Positions 1 through 10,134 are shown, counted from the first letter of the stretch. The stretch: 64,000 nt of DNA from an uncultured Chloroflexia bacterium (GCA_963731605.1 CAVSWA010000001.1:439242-503241); one strand, 5' to 3'. The notes: a model not told the origin generated them from the letters alone. Numbers and translations: made by a program.

Positions 1-681
1 CTATCAGGCGAAAGCTGGCATATTCAGATGATACTGGATGCTGGTGATAAGCCACAGGGATACCTGATTACCCCGACCATGCGCTGGAAGGATAGTTTTC
101 GGGTTATCGATCTGGCAGTTGCGAGCGGGACGAATGTCCAGGCGATGATGCCGTCATTACTACGCGCGTTAGCCAGGCAGGGAGCGCAAATACCGGCGAG
201 AGAAAGCGACGCGGAACCCTTTAGCCGGATCAGCTTTAACCTGGGACGCTCCCACCCGGCCATAGACGTGCTGGAAAAAAGTATGCCAACTACGAAAGTG
301 GCTCCTTATGCCTGGTATGTCCGCGTCCCCCACCTGCCGCGATTTATGCAACGGATCGCGCCTGCCCTGGAGCGGCGGCTCGCTGATTCTGTAGTGGCGG
401 GATACAGCGGCGCGCTCACGTTTGATTTTTATCGTGACGGTTTGCGCATAGTCTTCGAGCAGGGAAAATTAGTAACGGCGGAGCATTGGCGACGCCCCAT
501 CTGGAACGCGAATGAAGATGGTGGTTTCCCGCCGCTGGTTTTCTTACAATTGCTGTTTGGCTATCGAAGCCTGGATGCGTTACGTTCAGCTTTTCCCGAT
601 GTATGGGTAAATGATAATGTGGAGGTGCTGGTAAAAGCCCTGTTTCCATGCAGGCCCTCGTGGGTGCTGCCACTGGGGTAA
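1..681 (+). CDS. 3' part of a gene truncated by the window edge; possibly the C-terminal sterol-carrier-like domain of an Eis/GNAT-type acetyltransferase
   Basis: Frame 1 is open from nt 1, so the ATG at 28 in the ORF track is internal. TAA stop at 679-681. The functional call rests only on remembered resemblance of FDFYRDGLRIVFEQGKL...LLFGYRSLDAL to Eis-type C-terminal domains. Confidence 0.3.
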   Translation, partial: LSGESWHIQMILDAGDKPQGYLITPTMRWKDSFRVIDLAVASGTNVQAMMPSLLRALARQGAQIPARESDAEPFSRISFNLGRSHPAIDVLEKSMPTTKVAPYAWYVRVPHLPRFMQRIAPALERRLADSVVAGYSGALTFDFYRDGLRIVFEQGKLVTAEHWRRPIWNANEDGGFPPLVFLQLLFGYRSLDALRSAFPDVWVNDNVEVLVKALFPCRPSWVLPLG

Positions 682-809
682 CGTGTCAAACTGCTGCATA
701 AGATATACTGAAGACATGCCGGGAAAAAGTATAGGGGGCCTTCAGAGCGCAAGGATTCAGGATTCAGGATTTGCCAGTTAACAATCCGGAGAGATGGAGG
801 AATAGACGA

Positions 810-1619
810 ATGCAGATGCAACAACGTTTTAGCAACAAAGTCGTGATCGTGACGGGGGCCGCGCATGGTATTGGACGTGCCATCGCCATGCGTTTTGGAA
901 GCGAGGGCGCGCAAGTCATTGTCAATGATGTCAACGCCGCCGGAGTCGAGAGTACTGTTCAGGAAATTATTGCTCTGGGAGGGCTGGCCGTTGCTGGCAT
1001 AGCTGATGTGTCGCAAAAGAGCGAGGTTGATGGCTTATTTGATACCGTGCTTGAACGTTTCGGAACAGTGGATGTGCTGGTCAATAATGCCGGGTTAATT
1101 AACGTCGAACGGCATTTTCTGCAAGGGGATGAAGATTGGTGGGACCGTGTGCTGACGGTAAACCTCAAAAGCGTTTTCCTCTGTTCGCTGCGCGCAGCGC
1201 ACGTGATGGCCCGCAATCATACGGGCGTGATTATCAACATGTCCAGCGGGGGAGCCACGCATTCACACCGGGGCATGGCGGCTTATGATGCATCGAAAGG
1301 CGGCATTGAGGCGCTAACGCGTGCTATGGCGCTCGATCTTGCGCCGTATGGTATTCGCGTGAACGCGCTCATTCCCGGCTCGATTGATACGCAGGGCATG
1401 AACCCGGAGATCAAGCGAGAGCGGGGCCAGTCCATACCGCTCGGACGTATGGGAGAGCCAGAGGAGATGGCCGGGCCAGCCGCTTTTCTCGCCTCTGATG
1501 ATGCCAGCTATATTACGGGCCATATCTATGCCGTTGATGGCGGCCTCCTCTCGCAACAGCGCTCGCCGCAGGTAGATATTTTTCCGTTGAGCCGCTTCCC
1601 TAAACTGGAGGATGAGTGA
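810..1619 (+). CDS. SDR-family oxidoreductase (FabG-like short-chain dehydrogenase)
   Basis: TGAAHGIGRA dinucleotide-binding motif, NNAG, and catalytic Y-D-A-S-K (YxxxK). GGAGG at 796-800 precedes the ATG at 810. The ORF-track start at 771 is probably too far upstream. Confidence 0.85.
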   Translation: MQMQQRFSNKVVIVTGAAHGIGRAIAMRFGSEGAQVIVNDVNAAGVESTVQEIIALGGLAVAGIADVSQKSEVDGLFDTVLERFGTVDVLVNNAGLINVERHFLQGDEDWWDRVLTVNLKSVFLCSLRAAHVMARNHTGVIINMSSGGATHSHRGMAAYDASKGGIEALTRAMALDLAPYGIRVNALIPGSIDTQGMNPEIKRERGQSIPLGRMGEPEEMAGPAAFLASDDASYITGHIYAVDGGLLSQQRSPQVDIFPLSRFPKLEDE

Positions 1620-3712
1620 TGACAGGTTCCTCCCATCATCACAGGATAGGGGTGGATATTGGAGGCACGTTCACAGACCTGGTGGTGTTCGACGACGTTA
1701 CCGGCAGCTTCGCGGTCGGTAAGACGCTTACCACCCCTGGCGATCCCTCCCAGGCAGTTGAGGCACTGGTGATTGAAACGTTGAAGCGCGAGGGCATCGC
1801 GGCAAGCGAAGCTCGGCAGCTTATACACGGCACCACACTGGTGACGAATGCCATTATCGAGCGCACAGGCTCGCGTACCGCGCTATTGGCGACGCAGGGC
1901 TTTCGCGACTCCATTGAAATTGGGCGGGAGAACCGCTACGAACTCTACGACCTGATGCTGGAAATGCCGCAACCACTGGTGCCGCGTTACCTGCGTTTTG
2001 GCGTGCCGCAGCGCACGCTGTCCGATGGTACGACGCTCCAGGAACTGGATGGGACATTCGTCGAACAATTGACCCGCGAGCTGGTGACGAACAGGATTGA
2101 GGCCGTCGCGATTGCCTTTCTGCATAGTTTTACCAATCCCACCGCCGAACGGGAAGCGCGTGCCATCGTGCAGCGTAGCGCGCCGGATATGCGCGTCTCC
2201 ATTTCCTCAGAGGTGGTGCCTGAGATACGCGAATTTGAACGCACGTCTACCACGATTGCCAATGTTTACGTGCAGGAGCGCGTTGAGAAGTACCTGCGCG
2301 AGTTGCAGGTACGCCTGGAACGCTTCGGATTTTCGGGCAGCCTCTTTCTGATGATTTCCAGTGGCGGCATTGTGACGGTGGATACAGCGGTGCGCTTTCC
2401 GGTGCGCCTGCTCGAATCCGGCCCGGCGGGCGGCGCGCTGGCTGCTGCCAGCTATGGCGCGGCCTGTGGCTATAGCGACCTGCTCTCGTTCGATATGGGG
2501 GGTACCACCGCCAAGTTCTGCATCATCGACCAGGGCCAACCGCTCATCGCCCATGAATTTGAAGTTGACCGCCGCTATCGCCTGAAAAAAGGGTCGGGAC
2601 TGCCCATCAAACTACCGGTGATCGAGATGATCGAGATCGGCGCGGGTGGTGGCTCGATAGCCCGGATAGACGCGCTGGGGCTATTGAAAGTGGGGCCGGA
2701 ATCGGCGGGCGCTGAACCAGGCCCGGTCTGCTATGGCAATGGCGGAAGCGAGCCGACGGTGACGGACGCTGACCTGGTATTGGGCTATTTGGACCCGGAC
2801 TATTTCCTGGGCGGCCAGCTCAAGATTGACCTGGCTGCCGCGCGCCGCGCCATTTTGGAACGCATCGCTAAGCCATCCGGTCTCTCACTTGAAGAGGCGG
2901 CCTGGGGCATTCACCAGGTTGTGAACGAAAGTATGGCGAATGCTGCGCGCATCCATACCCTGGAACGCGGCAAAGACCCGCACCGTTTCCCCGTGTTTGC
3001 CTTCGGAGGAGCCGGGCCGGTGCATGGCTTTCGCATCGCGAAGGCGCTGGGTTCGCCCGCCTTAATTGTGCCGTTTGGAGCAGGCGTCATGAGCGCGGTT
3101 GGCTTTCTCACCGCGCCGCTCGCCTTTGATTTCGTGCGCTCCTGGCCGGGTCGTATCGACGCGATGGACTGGCAGAGGGCCAATGCGCTGCTGGGTGAAA
3201 TGGAGGCAGAAGGTCAGGCGCTGTTGGAGCAATCGGGCGCATTACCAACGCATATTCGTCACCGGCGGGTGGCGGATATTCGCTATGTCGGTCAGGGCCA
3301 CGAGATACAGGTGCCATTACCAGAAGGTCGGCTTGATAGCGACAGAATCCCCGCCATACTGCGCTCGTTTGAAGAGACGTACCGGCGTCTCTACGAACGG
3401 CTCAGCGAGTCGGTGCCGGTGGAGATCATCAACTGGCGCGTTATCTCGTCCAGCCCGGCTCCCCAGGTACGTTTGCAAGTATCCCAGGGTGAGACGGCAG
3501 TTGCTTCCGCCGCTCGCAAGGGAAGCCGCAGGGCCTATTTTCCGGAGTTGGGAGGCTACTCCGAAACACCGGTTTATGACCGCTATGGGCTGCTGCCCGG
3601 CGCAGATTTGAACGGGCCGGCCATTATTGAAGAACGCGAATCGACCGTGATCGTGGGGCCAGATTGCCGTTTCCATATAGACGAGCAGTTGAACTTGATA
3701 GTCGAACTATAA
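1616..3712 (+). CDS. hyuA: Hydantoinase/oxoprolinase family protein, A subunit (HyuA-like)
   Basis: 698 aa. N-terminal IGVDIGGTFTD ATPase motif and a second DMGGTT motif. Its start overlaps the SDR stop (GTGATG; ATG at 1619 is an alternative start). Confidence 0.85.
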   Translation: MMTGSSHHHRIGVDIGGTFTDLVVFDDVTGSFAVGKTLTTPGDPSQAVEALVIETLKREGIAASEARQLIHGTTLVTNAIIERTGSRTALLATQGFRDSIEIGRENRYELYDLMLEMPQPLVPRYLRFGVPQRTLSDGTTLQELDGTFVEQLTRELVTNRIEAVAIAFLHSFTNPTAEREARAIVQRSAPDMRVSISSEVVPEIREFERTSTTIANVYVQERVEKYLRELQVRLERFGFSGSLFLMISSGGIVTVDTAVRFPVRLLESGPAGGALAAASYGAACGYSDLLSFDMGGTTAKFCIIDQGQPLIAHEFEVDRRYRLKKGSGLPIKLPVIEMIEIGAGGGSIARIDALGLLKVGPESAGAEPGPVCYGNGGSEPTVTDADLVLGYLDPDYFLGGQLKIDLAAARRAILERIAKPSGLSLEEAAWGIHQVVNESMANAARIHTLERGKDPHRFPVFAFGGAGPVHGFRIAKALGSPALIVPFGAGVMSAVGFLTAPLAFDFVRSWPGRIDAMDWQRANALLGEMEAEGQALLEQSGALPTHIRHRRVADIRYVGQGHEIQVPLPEGRLDSDRIPAILRSFEETYRRLYERLSESVPVEIINWRVISSSPAPQVRLQVSQGETAVASAARKGSRRAYFPELGGYSETPVYDRYGLLPGADLNGPAIIEERESTVIVGPDCRFHIDEQLNLIVEL

Positions 3713-3736
3713 CTTCGGTCGCGAGGATGCTTTGCC

Positions 3737-5473
3737 ATGACGGATACACTTGACCCGATAACCCTGGAAGTGCTGTGGAACCGTTTGCTCTCGGTGGTGA
3801 ATGAGCAGCAGGTAACGTTGATGCGCACCGCCTTCAGTACCGTTGTACGCGAGTCGCAGGATTTGGCCTGCGGCGTCTTCGATACACGCGGCTCCATGAT
3901 CGCGCAGTCACTCACCGGCACCCCCGGTCATATCAACGCCATGGCGACCGGCGTGCGTCATTTTTTGCGCGCCTATCCGGCGGAAACATTGCAGCCGGGC
4001 GACGTGTTGATTACCAACGATCCCTGGCAAACCGCCGGGCAGATCAATGATATGACCATCCTGACGCCAGTTTTCAAAGATACGCGACTGGTTGCCTATT
4101 TTGCCAGCACCTGCCACGCCCCCGATATCGGTGGGCGTATTTTCTCCGGCGAGGCGCGCGAGGTTTACGAAGAGGGCCTGCGCATTCCCATCACGAAATT
4201 GTTCATCCGCGACGAGCCGAACGCCGAGCTTTTTAAGATCATCCGCGCCAATGTGCGCACTCCCAACGAAACCATCGGCGATCTGTACGCCCAGACTTCG
4301 TCAAACGCGGTTGGGGCGCGCGAACTGCTGCACTTTATGGGTGAATTCGCGCTGGACTCGATTGACCCGCTGGCTGATGAAATCATTATGCGTTCGGAAC
4401 GCGCCATGCGCGAAGCCATCCGCGCCCTGCCCAACGGACGCTACGAGAACGAGTCCTGGAGCGACGGCTATGACGAGCCGATCCATATCAAGGTAGCCGT
4501 GACCGTCGAGGATGAAGATCTGTTCATCGATTTCGCCGGTTCGTCGCCCCAGAGTTCGCGCGGCATCAACGTGGTGCTGAACTACACGCACGCCTACGCC
4601 TCGTTCGCTATCAAGGCGGCGGTGAGTCCCGACGTGCCGCATAACGAGGGGGCCTTTCGCCCGGTGCATGTGACCGCGCCTCCGGGTTCGATTCTGAATT
4701 GCCTGGAACCTGCGGCGGTGGCTTCGCGTCACCTGATCGGGCATTTCCTGCCCGGCGTAATCTTTGGGGCGTTAGCGCCTGCCATGCCGGGAAAGCTCAT
4801 TGCCTGCGGGGCCGACCCCATCTGGATTTCCGTCTTACATGGGAAATGGCCGGGATCACAGGAATCCTTTACCTTCAGCCTGTTTCAATGTGGCGGCACC
4901 GGGGCGCGCGCTATTAAAGATGGCCTGAATAGCACGGGTTTCCCCAGTGGGGTCGCGGGGGTGCCAGCCGAAATAGTGGAAAGCCTGACCCCGCTGGTGC
5001 AATACAGGCGCGAGTTGCGTACCGATTCGGGTGGCGCAGGCGCCTTTCGCGGCGGGTTGGGGCAATGGACGGAGATCGGTTCTCCGGGGAATGCAGCGTG
5101 GGGCATTTCGGCGCTGGTTGACCGCACGCGCTTCCCGGCCAACGGACTAGCAGGCGGCGGCTACGGCGCGGCGGGCGAATATCTCGTGAACAAGAGCATT
5201 CGCCCGCAGCCGAAGGCGCTTTATTCCGTTGCGCCTGGCGATCGCGTCCAACTTAACCCTGCCGGTGGCGGTGGCTATGGCAACCCGTTTCAACGCGCTA
5301 CGGAGATGGTGCTGCGCGATGTTGTCAACGGCTATGTATCGCTTGAGGCGGCTGAACGCGAATATGGCGTGGTCATCCGTTACCTGGGGAGCGCCGATCA
5401 GCTAGTGCGACCACCGGAACTATACGTGGTTGATGAAGCGACAACGCGAGCGTTGCGGGGCCAACGTTCTTAA
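3737..5473 (+). CDS. hyuB: Hydantoinase B/oxoprolinase family protein (HyuB-like)
   Basis: 578 aa. DPITLEVLWNRL...ESQDLACGVFD N-terminus typical of HyuB. Lies 24 nt downstream of hyuA. Confidence 0.85.
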   Translation: MTDTLDPITLEVLWNRLLSVVNEQQVTLMRTAFSTVVRESQDLACGVFDTRGSMIAQSLTGTPGHINAMATGVRHFLRAYPAETLQPGDVLITNDPWQTAGQINDMTILTPVFKDTRLVAYFASTCHAPDIGGRIFSGEAREVYEEGLRIPITKLFIRDEPNAELFKIIRANVRTPNETIGDLYAQTSSNAVGARELLHFMGEFALDSIDPLADEIIMRSERAMREAIRALPNGRYENESWSDGYDEPIHIKVAVTVEDEDLFIDFAGSSPQSSRGINVVLNYTHAYASFAIKAAVSPDVPHNEGAFRPVHVTAPPGSILNCLEPAAVASRHLIGHFLPGVIFGALAPAMPGKLIACGADPIWISVLHGKWPGSQESFTFSLFQCGGTGARAIKDGLNSTGFPSGVAGVPAEIVESLTPLVQYRRELRTDSGGAGAFRGGLGQWTEIGSPGNAAWGISALVDRTRFPANGLAGGGYGAAGEYLVNKSIRPQPKALYSVAPGDRVQLNPAGGGGYGNPFQRATEMVLRDVVNGYVSLEAAEREYGVVIRYLGSADQLVRPPELYVVDEATTRALRGQRS

Positions 5474-5519
5474 TGATCTTTGACAACCCAATAGGGGAAT
5501 TACGAGAAACGTTTGCCCT

Positions 5520-5687
5520 CGTCCTGTAGGGACAAGGGGTAGATGCGGGGACGGGTGGGGGCCTTGTGCTTGTCCTCGTGACGACGCGATTCGTTGGGGT
5601 TCCGTGAGGCGTGATGGTCGCACTTCGACGAGGACAAGCACAAGGCCCCCTCATCCACCCAACCCTTCCCCTTGTCCCTACAGGACG
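5520..5687. repeat. Two inverted copies of a G-rich REP/MITE-like element (family 2) forming a long imperfect hairpin
   Basis: Copy 1 is 5520-5578: CGTCCTGTAGGGACAAGGGG...GGGGGCCTTGTGCTTGTCCTCG. Copy 2 is 5629-5687 and is its reverse complement, with identical 20-nt and 22-nt flanks and a different centre. Related copies occur at 18754-18828 and 36541-36620. Confidence 0.8.
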
Positions 5688-5748
5688 TGGCAACGCTATA
5701 ACCCCATTCGGTCGTTAATATTCATCAAGACGTGGCAACGTTATTACC
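5684..5748 (+). repeat. 20-nt direct repeat (GACGTGGCAACG-yTATwACC) occurring twice with a 45-nt period, upstream of the FAD oxidoreductase gene
   Basis: GACGTGGCAACG is perfect at 5684-5695 and 5729-5740. It is followed by CTATAACC in the first copy and TTATTACC in the second. Possible operator or promoter-associated sites. Confidence 0.55.
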
Positions 5749-5793
5749 ACACAGGGTCGTCTAAAATCACTTCATCGGAAAAGGCGGACAGGT

Positions 5794-6948
5794 ATGTCTA
5801 TGACAACAAAAGCTGATGTGTTGATAATTGGCGCAGGAATTATGGGCGCATCCTGCGCGTTCCGCCTGAGCGAGCGAGGATTAAAAGTAGTGGTGTTGGA
5901 GGCGCAAATAGCCCCGGCTATGGGTTCAACAGGTCGCAGCGCCGCCGGAGTGCGCGTTCAGTACACCGAAGAGGTCAACACGCGCCTGTCGTGGGAGAGC
6001 ATTCAGGAATACCAGCATTTTCAGGATTTGTATGGAGACGATGCCGGTTATCGCCCTATCGGCTATCTTTTCCTGGTGCCACCAGAACGATGGGGCGAGC
6101 ACCTGGAAAGCGTCGCATTGCAGGAACGCCTGGGCGCGCCGGTGAAAGTGCTCACCGTTGAGGAGGCGCAGAGCCTGGTTGTCTTTGATACTACTGGTAT
6201 TGCTGGCACAACGCACGGACCTGCCGACGGGATAGTAGACCCGCACAGCGTGACTTTTACCTATCTGAGGCTGGCAAAGGAGAGGGGCGCTTCGGTACAC
6301 GTGCAGGCTCCCCTTAGCAGCGCGAAACGGACCGGAAATACCTGGCAGGTGGAGACGCCAAAAGGTACTTTTGAGGCTGAGTACCTGGTGAACGCTGGCG
6401 GGTCATGGGCTGGTGAAATCGCAAGGCGGGCTGGATTGGAGACAGAAGTACCGGTCCAACCGGTGAGACGCATGGTGTATGTGACAGCTCCTATTCCCTG
6501 GCAGCATGTCTACCCTTTGACTATCGACCTGGTGAGTGGTTTCTATTTACGCAGCGAGGGACAGCGTATCCTGTTTGGAAAGTCGAACCCTGACGAGCCA
6601 CCTGGATTTTCGGAAGGGATGGATTGGGATTGGTTTGAGCCGACGATCAGCGTAGGACTGGAACGTTTCCCCTGGTTGGGGGAAACGAGGCTGGATAGAC
6701 AGGCCTGCTGGTGGGGCTATTATGAAGTCACGCCCGACCATAACCCAATTCTGGGACGGCTTCCCGGCAACGAAAATTGGATTAATGTGGCCGGGTTTTC
6801 GGGACACGGCGTGCAGCAAGCGCCAGCCGTAGGGCGCATGATGGCTGAAGAAGTCGTGCTGGGGAGGGCACAGTCGATCAATATCGATCCCCTGCGCATT
6901 ACACGCTTTGCTGCTGCTCAGCACGGCCGGGAACGCAATATTATTTGA
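5794..6948 (+). CDS. FAD-dependent oxidoreductase (DAO family, glycine/D-amino-acid/sarcosine oxidase-like)
   Basis: 384 aa. N-terminal DVLIIGAGIMGASCAFRL...VVVLE beta-alpha-beta FAD fold. Confidence 0.8.
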   Translation: MSMTTKADVLIIGAGIMGASCAFRLSERGLKVVVLEAQIAPAMGSTGRSAAGVRVQYTEEVNTRLSWESIQEYQHFQDLYGDDAGYRPIGYLFLVPPERWGEHLESVALQERLGAPVKVLTVEEAQSLVVFDTTGIAGTTHGPADGIVDPHSVTFTYLRLAKERGASVHVQAPLSSAKRTGNTWQVETPKGTFEAEYLVNAGGSWAGEIARRAGLETEVPVQPVRRMVYVTAPIPWQHVYPLTIDLVSGFYLRSEGQRILFGKSNPDEPPGFSEGMDWDWFEPTISVGLERFPWLGETRLDRQACWWGYYEVTPDHNPILGRLPGNENWINVAGFSGHGVQQAPAVGRMMAEEVVLGRAQSINIDPLRITRFAAAQHGRERNII

Positions 6949-7005
6949 GCCTGCTTGATTTCTATTGACAGCAACAAATCTGATCGATACAATGCGGCGA
7001 GATAG

Positions 7006-9340
7006 TTGCGCTTAAAGGATAGGTATATGCAGACAGGCTCGCGTTCCGGTACTTCTTCTCTTTCGAGCGTGAGCGTGCAGAAGGCTATTACTATCCTGGG
7101 CAGCGGCTTTCTGACTCATCCTGCCAATGCCGATTTGCAACAGAAATTGCGCTCCGGGGCGTTAAGCGTACAGGACTACTACGCCCAGGTATTGCGCTTT
7201 GTCTATCGTCTGATGGCGCTGTTTGTGGCGGAAGAACGCGACATTCTTTTTCATGCTCAGGCCGCACAAGCTGCGCGAAATCGCTACACCGCCCGTTATG
7301 CCACGGCTCGTTTGCGCCGCCTGGCGGTACAGCGTGCCGGAACAAACCGTTCCAACCTCTATCGTGACCTCTGGCTGGTTATGGAAAAACTGGCCTGCGA
7401 TGCCGGTTATCCCGAACTGGGATTATCCTCGCTTAGCGGTCTGTTTTTATCAAGCGCAACGATGCCCGACCTCGCGGGATGCGAACTGACCAACCGCGAA
7501 CTGCTCAAATCTGTGAGCTACCTGGCCTTCACCTCTGAGGGTGTGATACGTCGCGCAATTGATTATAAGAACCTGGGCGCGACAGAACTGGGCAGTATCT
7601 ATGAATCGCTGCTGGAAATGCGGCCAGAAGTCAATATTGATAGCGCTATCTTTGAACTCAAGTTCGCCAGTGGCAATGCGCGTAAAACCTCTGGCAGCTA
7701 CTACACGCCGGGCAGCCTGATCGATTGCTTGCTCAACGCTGCCCTGGAACCGGCGCTGGCTGCAGCCTGTGCCAACGTCGATCCACAGCGGGCTATCCTT
7801 CAACTTACTGTATGCGACCCGGCCTGTGGCAGTGGTCTATTTCTTATAGCCGCAGCCTCTCGCATTGCGAAACGCCTGGCTGTCGCGCGCGCGAGAAGTG
7901 AGGAGCCGGGACCGGAGGCGTACCGCGCTGCCCTGCGCGATGTCGTGAGTCACTGTATCTATGGCGTGGATATCAATCCAATGGCGGTAGAACTGTGCCG
8001 GGTTAACCTGTGGTTGGAGGCGGTTGAACCTGGCAAGCCGCTTTCCATCTTCGACTTGCATATCCAGTGCGGAAATAGCCTGCTCGGCGCGACTCCCGCG
8101 TTGCTGGCGCAGGGCATTCCCGCCGATTCCTTGCAAAACCAGTTCTTTCTACTGGCACCAGGCTTTTCCCGATGTATTTCGCCTTCCCGACAATGGCGAG
8201 CGGCCCAACAATGAGCAGACCGGCTGGAACGGGGGATTTGATGTGGTGTTGGGGAACCCGCCCTATATTTTTGGAGAGAACCTTCAACAAGACGTAAAGC
8301 AAACATTTACGGCGATATTTTCTCTTGCTCGCGGTCAATATGATACCTACTGGCTCTTTATCGAAGAGAGTCTGAAACTGGTCAACTCTACAGGAAGATG
8401 CGCCCTGGTCGTACCAGATACATTGTTAGCCCGGGATGAGACTCGCACTGTGCGCGAGTTGCTGTTAAGAGAAGGGCTGGAACGTTTATATTATTGTGGG
8501 ACAGCGTTTAAGGCCAATGTTTCTACCATTATCTTTGCGGTGGCTAAGGGAAGTGTGGCGCGTGAAGTCCTGTGTGAAGCAATCGATGGGTCAGCGGCAC
8601 CGGCGCGCTATTCGTGCAGCAAGGAGCGTTTTTTGTCAGATCCAAAACGCCGCTTTCTTATGCACCTTTCTGATGAAGAAGCTTTGCTGCTCGCTCGCGT
8701 TGAAAAGGAATGCGAACCTTTGCAAAATCTGGTGAAGATTTCGCGGGGCGAAGAGCTTGGGAAAAAGGCTGTTCTATCTCAGGGGCCTGTGCCTATCCTG
8801 GTCGGCGAAGATATTGCGCGTTATTTTGTGCAACCGCCCTCCCGTTTCCTCCAGACTTTCAAGAAAGATGCCCGAAGGTATGTGTCTCCAAAGATCATCA
8901 TGCTGAAAACGGGGTATAAATGTATCGCAGCCCTGGATAGCGAGGGCTATGTGACGATGCAGTCGGTCTATAATCTGCATGTCACCCGAACTGAAATAAC
9001 GTATGAGGCGATCCTCGCTTTGCTGAACAGTCGCTTTGCGCACTGGTTCGTCTACAAAATATTTACTTCATATAAAGGACTTTTCCCACAGCTCAATCAA
9101 TCCACCATCCAGGCGATTCCAGTTCCGCTCATTATTGGTAGCAGGCAGCATGAACTGGTGAGTTTAGTGCAAGAAATACTGCGCTTAAAGGCGGAAAAAA
9201 AGTACACAAAGACAGATCACGAACAGAACTTTTATGAAGTTCAGATCGAACGAATAGACCGAGAGTTAGATCGTGTGATTTATGCGCTCTATGGACTATG
9301 TGATGATGAAATCACCATGATCGAGCAGGGTAAGCGGTGA
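7006..9340 (+). pseudogene. Gamma-class N6-adenine DNA methyltransferase (Eco57I/type IIG/PglX-like methylase module), frame-broken
   Basis: ORF 7006-8214 carries GSYYTPGSL and motif I VCDPACGSGLFL. ORF 8024-9340 is in the +1 frame and carries FYWHQAFPDVF, motif IV VLGNPPY and the C-terminal LYGLCDDEITMIE. The frames must join near 8131-8150, where there is an A4 run at 8135-8138. The likely start is the ATG at 7027. No nuclease or specificity partner gene is adjacent. Confidence 0.8.
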
Positions 9341-9362
9341 GATATTTCTGAAATAATGTTTT

Positions 9363-9431
9363 GTCACCCTGAGCAAAGCGAAGGGTCTGATCCTCCAGGT
9401 ACCGAGATTCTTCGCTTTCGCTCAGGATGAT
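9363..9431. repeat. Palindromic REP-like element, family 1 (GTCAyyCTGAGCrAAGCGAAGr...), also a likely terminator hairpin
   Basis: GTCACCCTGAGCAAAGCGAAGGGTCT ... AGATTCTTCGCTTTCGCTCAGGATGA forms an imperfect inverted repeat just after the methyltransferase stop. It belongs to the same family as the perfect copy at 27597-27667. Confidence 0.75.
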
Positions 9432-9492
9432 AAAAACTGGCTGTAGTTGTTCAAATTCAGTATGGTATAATTTCAAGCCAGGAAGGACGCCT

Positions 9493-10002
9493 ATGTACGA
9501 ATCATCCGAAGATATGCAAAATCTCCAGACACTGCTTGATAGAAGTATTGAGCAGGCAGGAGCTTTTTTACGCGCATCGTTTGAGATGCCCGCTCATTCC
9601 TTGTCGGCGCGGCAACTGGCGCATCTCTGGCAGGGATTGCAGACGGTTGCGTTTGCAACGGCGACAAAAAAAGGCGATCCCCTGGCGGCTCCCATCGGCG
9701 CCTTGCTCTTGCACGGGCGTTTTTACATTCCAACCGTAGCGTCAGCTTTGCGTACCAGACATGTTATGCAGCGTTCTGCTATCAGCTTCACCTTCTACCA
9801 GGGGAATGATGTGGCTGTCATTGTACACGGAGAGGCTACTGTCGTGCGGTCCGCTGACGCGGATTTTTCCGCTTTAGAAACGTTCCAGCGCGAGGTGAGC
9901 GGAAGTAGTGTGCTGGATTGGGGCGAGGGCGTGTTTTTGCATATCGTTCCTAGAGTCATTTACACGTATGTTCGTTTCCCTGATATTCATCTTGAAAGCT
10001 AA
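9493..10002 (+). CDS. Pyridoxamine 5'-phosphate oxidase (PPOX) family / FMN-binding split-barrel protein
   Basis: 169 aa counted from the ATG at 9493, which is preceded by GGAAGGA at 9481-9487. The size and pattern fit small PPOX-fold proteins. The family call is from memory. Confidence 0.55.
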   Translation: MYESSEDMQNLQTLLDRSIEQAGAFLRASFEMPAHSLSARQLAHLWQGLQTVAFATATKKGDPLAAPIGALLLHGRFYIPTVASALRTRHVMQRSAISFTFYQGNDVAVIVHGEATVVRSADADFSALETFQREVSGSSVLDWGEGVFLHIVPRVIYTYVRFPDIHLES

Positions 10003-10134
10003 ACGCTGCCATCGAAACTGTGAGCAAAATTGTGTTAACATGCATAACGGATTAAAAGCTGTTGATCTGTTTATGCAGAAGAGCGGATGCTCTGTGCCTG
10101 AGATAATTCATTTGGAGAAAGTAGAACATACAAC

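Noticed and set aside
5373-5816. ORFs 5373-5693, 5420-5641 and 5604-5816 (Pro/Arg/Thr-rich peptides) as genes
   Set aside because: They are translations of the inverted REP-like elements and their spacer. This composition is typical of repeat-derived spurious ORFs.
7006-9340. The methyltransferase as part of an intact BREX, type I or type III restriction system
   Set aside because: No PglZ, BrxC, HsdR/S, Res or other partner ORFs are adjacent, and both neighbours are metabolic genes.
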